NCBI GenBank assembly: GCA_963676915.2
Contig: CAXXVK010000010.1
Span: forward strand, 32,001-96,000
DNA length: 64,000 bases
Source: Myxococcota bacterium
GTDB lineage: Bacteria > Myxococcota_A > SURF-8 > G963663525
Reading direction: 5' to 3'
Below are positions 62,985-64,000 of the stretch, piece by piece. Every line of letters starts with the position of its first letter. Position 1 is the stretch's first letter. Below the pieces are notes generated by a model that had not been told where the DNA came from, made no database searches, and saw only the letters and a list, made by a program, of their open reading frames with translations. Both the position numbers and the translations under genes were made by a program.

Positions 62985-63500
62985 GTGGTAGACAGAAGGT
63001 TTAAGGACAATCAGTCCCAGGATGAATTCACCGATCGGATCATTCACCTCAACCGGGTGGCTAAGGTCGTCAAGGGTGGTCGTCGCTTTTCGTTCAGTGC
63101 TGTAGTCGTCGTGGGTGACGGAAACGGTCGCGTCGGAATCGGCAAAGGAAAAGCCCGCGAAGTTCCCGAAGCCATTCGCAAGGGTAGCGAACAAGCCAAG
63201 CGCAATCTGATTCAGGTGCCGCTTGTCAATGAGACGATCCCTCACGCGATCGAAGCTCGTTTCGGATCTGCGAAAGTCGTGCTGAAGCCGGCTTCTCCCG
63301 GTACGGGAATCATCGCAGGATCGGCGGTTCGCTTGATTCTGGAAGCTGCAGGAATTCCGAACATTCTTTCGAAGATCATCGGTTCCAGGAATCCGCACAA
63401 CGTGTCCAAAGCCACGATGATTGGATTGCAAAACTTGACGACGATCGAAGAATACGCCAAAAAGCTGGGACGCTCGAAGGAAGAATTTATCGAATCGTGA
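62985..63500 (+). CDS. rpsE: 30S ribosomal protein S5
   Basis: [32 protein letters not shown]. Confidence 0.98.
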   Translation: MVDRRFKDNQSQDEFTDRIIHLNRVAKVVKGGRRFSFSAVVVVGDGNGRVGIGKGKAREVPEAIRKGSEQAKRNLIQVPLVNETIPHAIEARFGSAKVVLKPASPGTGIIAGSAVRLILEAAGIPNILSKIIGSRNPHNVSKATMIGLQNLTTIEEYAKKLGRSKEEFIES

Positions 63501-63531
63501 TTTCCTTTCGGGTTTCTTAAGGAGAAGGACC

Positions 63532-63774
63532 ATGCCGGGCATCAAAGTGAAGCTCATTCGCAGCTATAGCGGACGAACGGAAAAACAGAAAGCGACCTTA
63601 CTGGGTTTGGGACTCAAACGCATCGGTCAGGAAGTTCTGTTGCGCGATACGGCGCCGATCCGTGGAATGCTGTTCAAAGTGCAACATATGCTGGAGATCG
63701 AAGCCGTCGAACAGACGCCGCCGGTGCGCAGGCGTCCGGGCCGACCGGGCCGTAAAGACAAATTGGAGGGTTAG
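63532..63774 (+). CDS. rpmD: 50S ribosomal protein L30
   Basis: [30 protein letters not shown]; basic C-terminal extension. Confidence 0.93.
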   Translation: MPGIKVKLIRSYSGRTEKQKATLLGLGLKRIGQEVLLRDTAPIRGMLFKVQHMLEIEAVEQTPPVRRRPGRPGRKDKLEG

Positions 63775-63778
63775 TCCG

Positions 63779-64000
63779 ATGAAACTGCACGAAATCCCAA
63801 AACCCAAGGGAGCGACGAAAAACCGCAAACGGATCGGTCGCGGAATCGGGTCCGGTCACGGAAAAACGTCGGGTAAAGGTCAAAAAGGCCAGCGTTCCCG
63901 TGCGGGTTACAAAGACAAACCGGCCAACGAAGGTGGACAGATGCCTTTGAATCGGCGTTTGCCGAAATTCGGTTTCGTCAATATTTTCCGCAAGGAATAC
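63779..64000 (+). CDS. rplO: 50S ribosomal protein L15 (partial, runs off the window)
   Basis: ATG 63779: [57 protein letters not shown]. Confidence 0.96.
   Translation, partial: MKLHEIPKPKGATKNRKRIGRGIGSGHGKTSGKGQKGQRSRAGYKDKPANEGGQMPLNRRLPKFGFVNIFRKEY

Overview
Bacterial chromosomal window, most consistent with a deltaproteobacterial (Myxococcota/Desulfobacterota-like) lineage; this is inferred from gene content. The right half (35.7-64 kb) is the core translation/transcription supercluster: tRNA-Thr/Tyr/Gly/Thr-tuf-rpmG-tRNA-Trp-secE-nusG-rplKAJL-rpoBC-rpsLG-fusA-tuf and the S10/spc operons up to a truncated rplO. It has several non-canonical features: an L10 with four putative L12-binding segments, an EF-G with a diverged domain IV, an L18 with a ~60-aa insertion, and extended NusG and L30. 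The left half is accessory/envelope DNA. It includes glgP, a tetraheme cytochrome c with DUF362, a PhoBR-like pair, an HDOD protein, a Tat-exported PIG-L deacetylase, a TPR lipoprotein, an AAA ATPase / catalytically dead L,D-transpeptidase / 5-FCL operon, a lamin-tail-CotH kinase lipoprotein, YaiI, a lone flagellin and ribE-ribBA. The most intriguing locus is 1-12.5 kb. A sigma70-driven minus-strand operon encodes an apparently membrane-anchored GspE/PilB-type ATPase lacking its N1 domain, an AsmA/YdbH-like bridge protein, a DUF1318 lipoprotein and a TolB-propeller/TPR lipoprotein. It lies divergent to a gene encoding a stand-alone GspE-N1 (T2SSE_N/MshEN-like) domain on a long acidic Thr-motif repeat tail. 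Many frameshifts are single duplicated bases (also seen in tuf, tRNA-Thr and ribBA) and look like long-read consensus errors rather than true pseudogenization. No rRNA, CRISPR array or mobile element was seen.
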